The notes beneath the pieces are model-generated. The model ran no database searches and had not been told where the DNA came from. It saw only the letters and a program-made list of their open reading frames with translations. From contig CALKFO010000065.1 of assembly GCA_938084765.1 (NCBI GenBank), positions 1 through 58,976 of the forward strand: 58,976 nt of DNA, given 5' to 3'. Shown in pieces: positions 58,913 through 58,976 of the stretch. Both the position numbers and the translations under genes were made by a program. Position 1 is the first letter of the stretch. Every line of letters starts with the position of its first letter. This stretch comes from Candidatus Bipolaricaulota bacterium (GTDB lineage Bacteria > Bipolaricaulota > Bipolaricaulia > Bipolaricaulales > Bipolaricaulaceae).

Positions 58913-58939
58913 TTGGGCAAAGCTATACTCCAAATGGGT

Positions 58940-58976
58940 CGGGGCGTGGCGCAGCCTGGAAGCGCACCTGCTTTGG
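58940..58976 (+). tRNA. tRNA-Pro (anticodon UGG), 5' 37 nt only; continues past the window end
   Basis: CGGGGCG (acceptor 5' arm), TG, GCGC-AGCCTGGAA-GCGC (D arm with GG), A, CCTGC (anticodon stem), then TT-TGG. U8, A14, G18G19 and U33 are all in place. It closely parallels the E. coli tRNA-Pro(UGG) 5' half as I remember it. Confidence 0.7.

Overview
High-G+C bacterial chromosome segment with thermophile-like, Arg/Glu/Leu/Val-rich proteins. Several r-proteins are zinc-ribbon forms and the RNAP beta' is very long, reminiscent of Thermus-like lineages; this is a hint, not an assignment. About 80 genes are supported. (1) 1-6.5 kb holds a glycerate kinase (partial), nth, an HD hydrolase and divergent kbl/tdh genes. 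A small low-G+C insert between kbl and tdh encodes two exported thioredoxin-fold proteins. (2) 6.1-28.8 kb is one uninterrupted minus-strand run of about 36 genes: fmdB-like zinc ribbon, rpoC, rpsL, rpsG, fusA, the S10, spc and alpha clusters, then ridA. It lacks rpoB, tuf and rpmD. (3) 28.9-32 kb holds a PP-loop-like gene, hpf and cca. (4) 32-38.8 kb holds frr fused to an F-type ATP synthase operon (I, a, c, b, delta, alpha, gamma, beta) with no epsilon gene. (5) 38.8-49.8 kb is a visibly lower-G+C accessory block. It carries a LacI-controlled glycan-utilisation locus (GH130, ABC importer, uncharacterised lipoprotein) and a module containing a circularly permuted GTPase fused to a SIS domain. 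(6) 49.9-54.1 kb is an Mbh-type Mrp membrane module in which the MbhD-like subunit is fused to a solute-binding domain. (7) 54.5-58.9 kb holds three 2-oxoacid:ferredoxin oxidoreductase subunits, translationally coupled to a Cas4-like nuclease and an archaeal/eukaryotic-type Pus10, followed by the 5' part of tRNA-Pro(UGG). No CRISPR array, rRNA or recognisable mobile element was seen. The best candidates for something undescribed are the cpGTPase-SIS module, the exported redoxin pair and the MbhD-SBP fusion.
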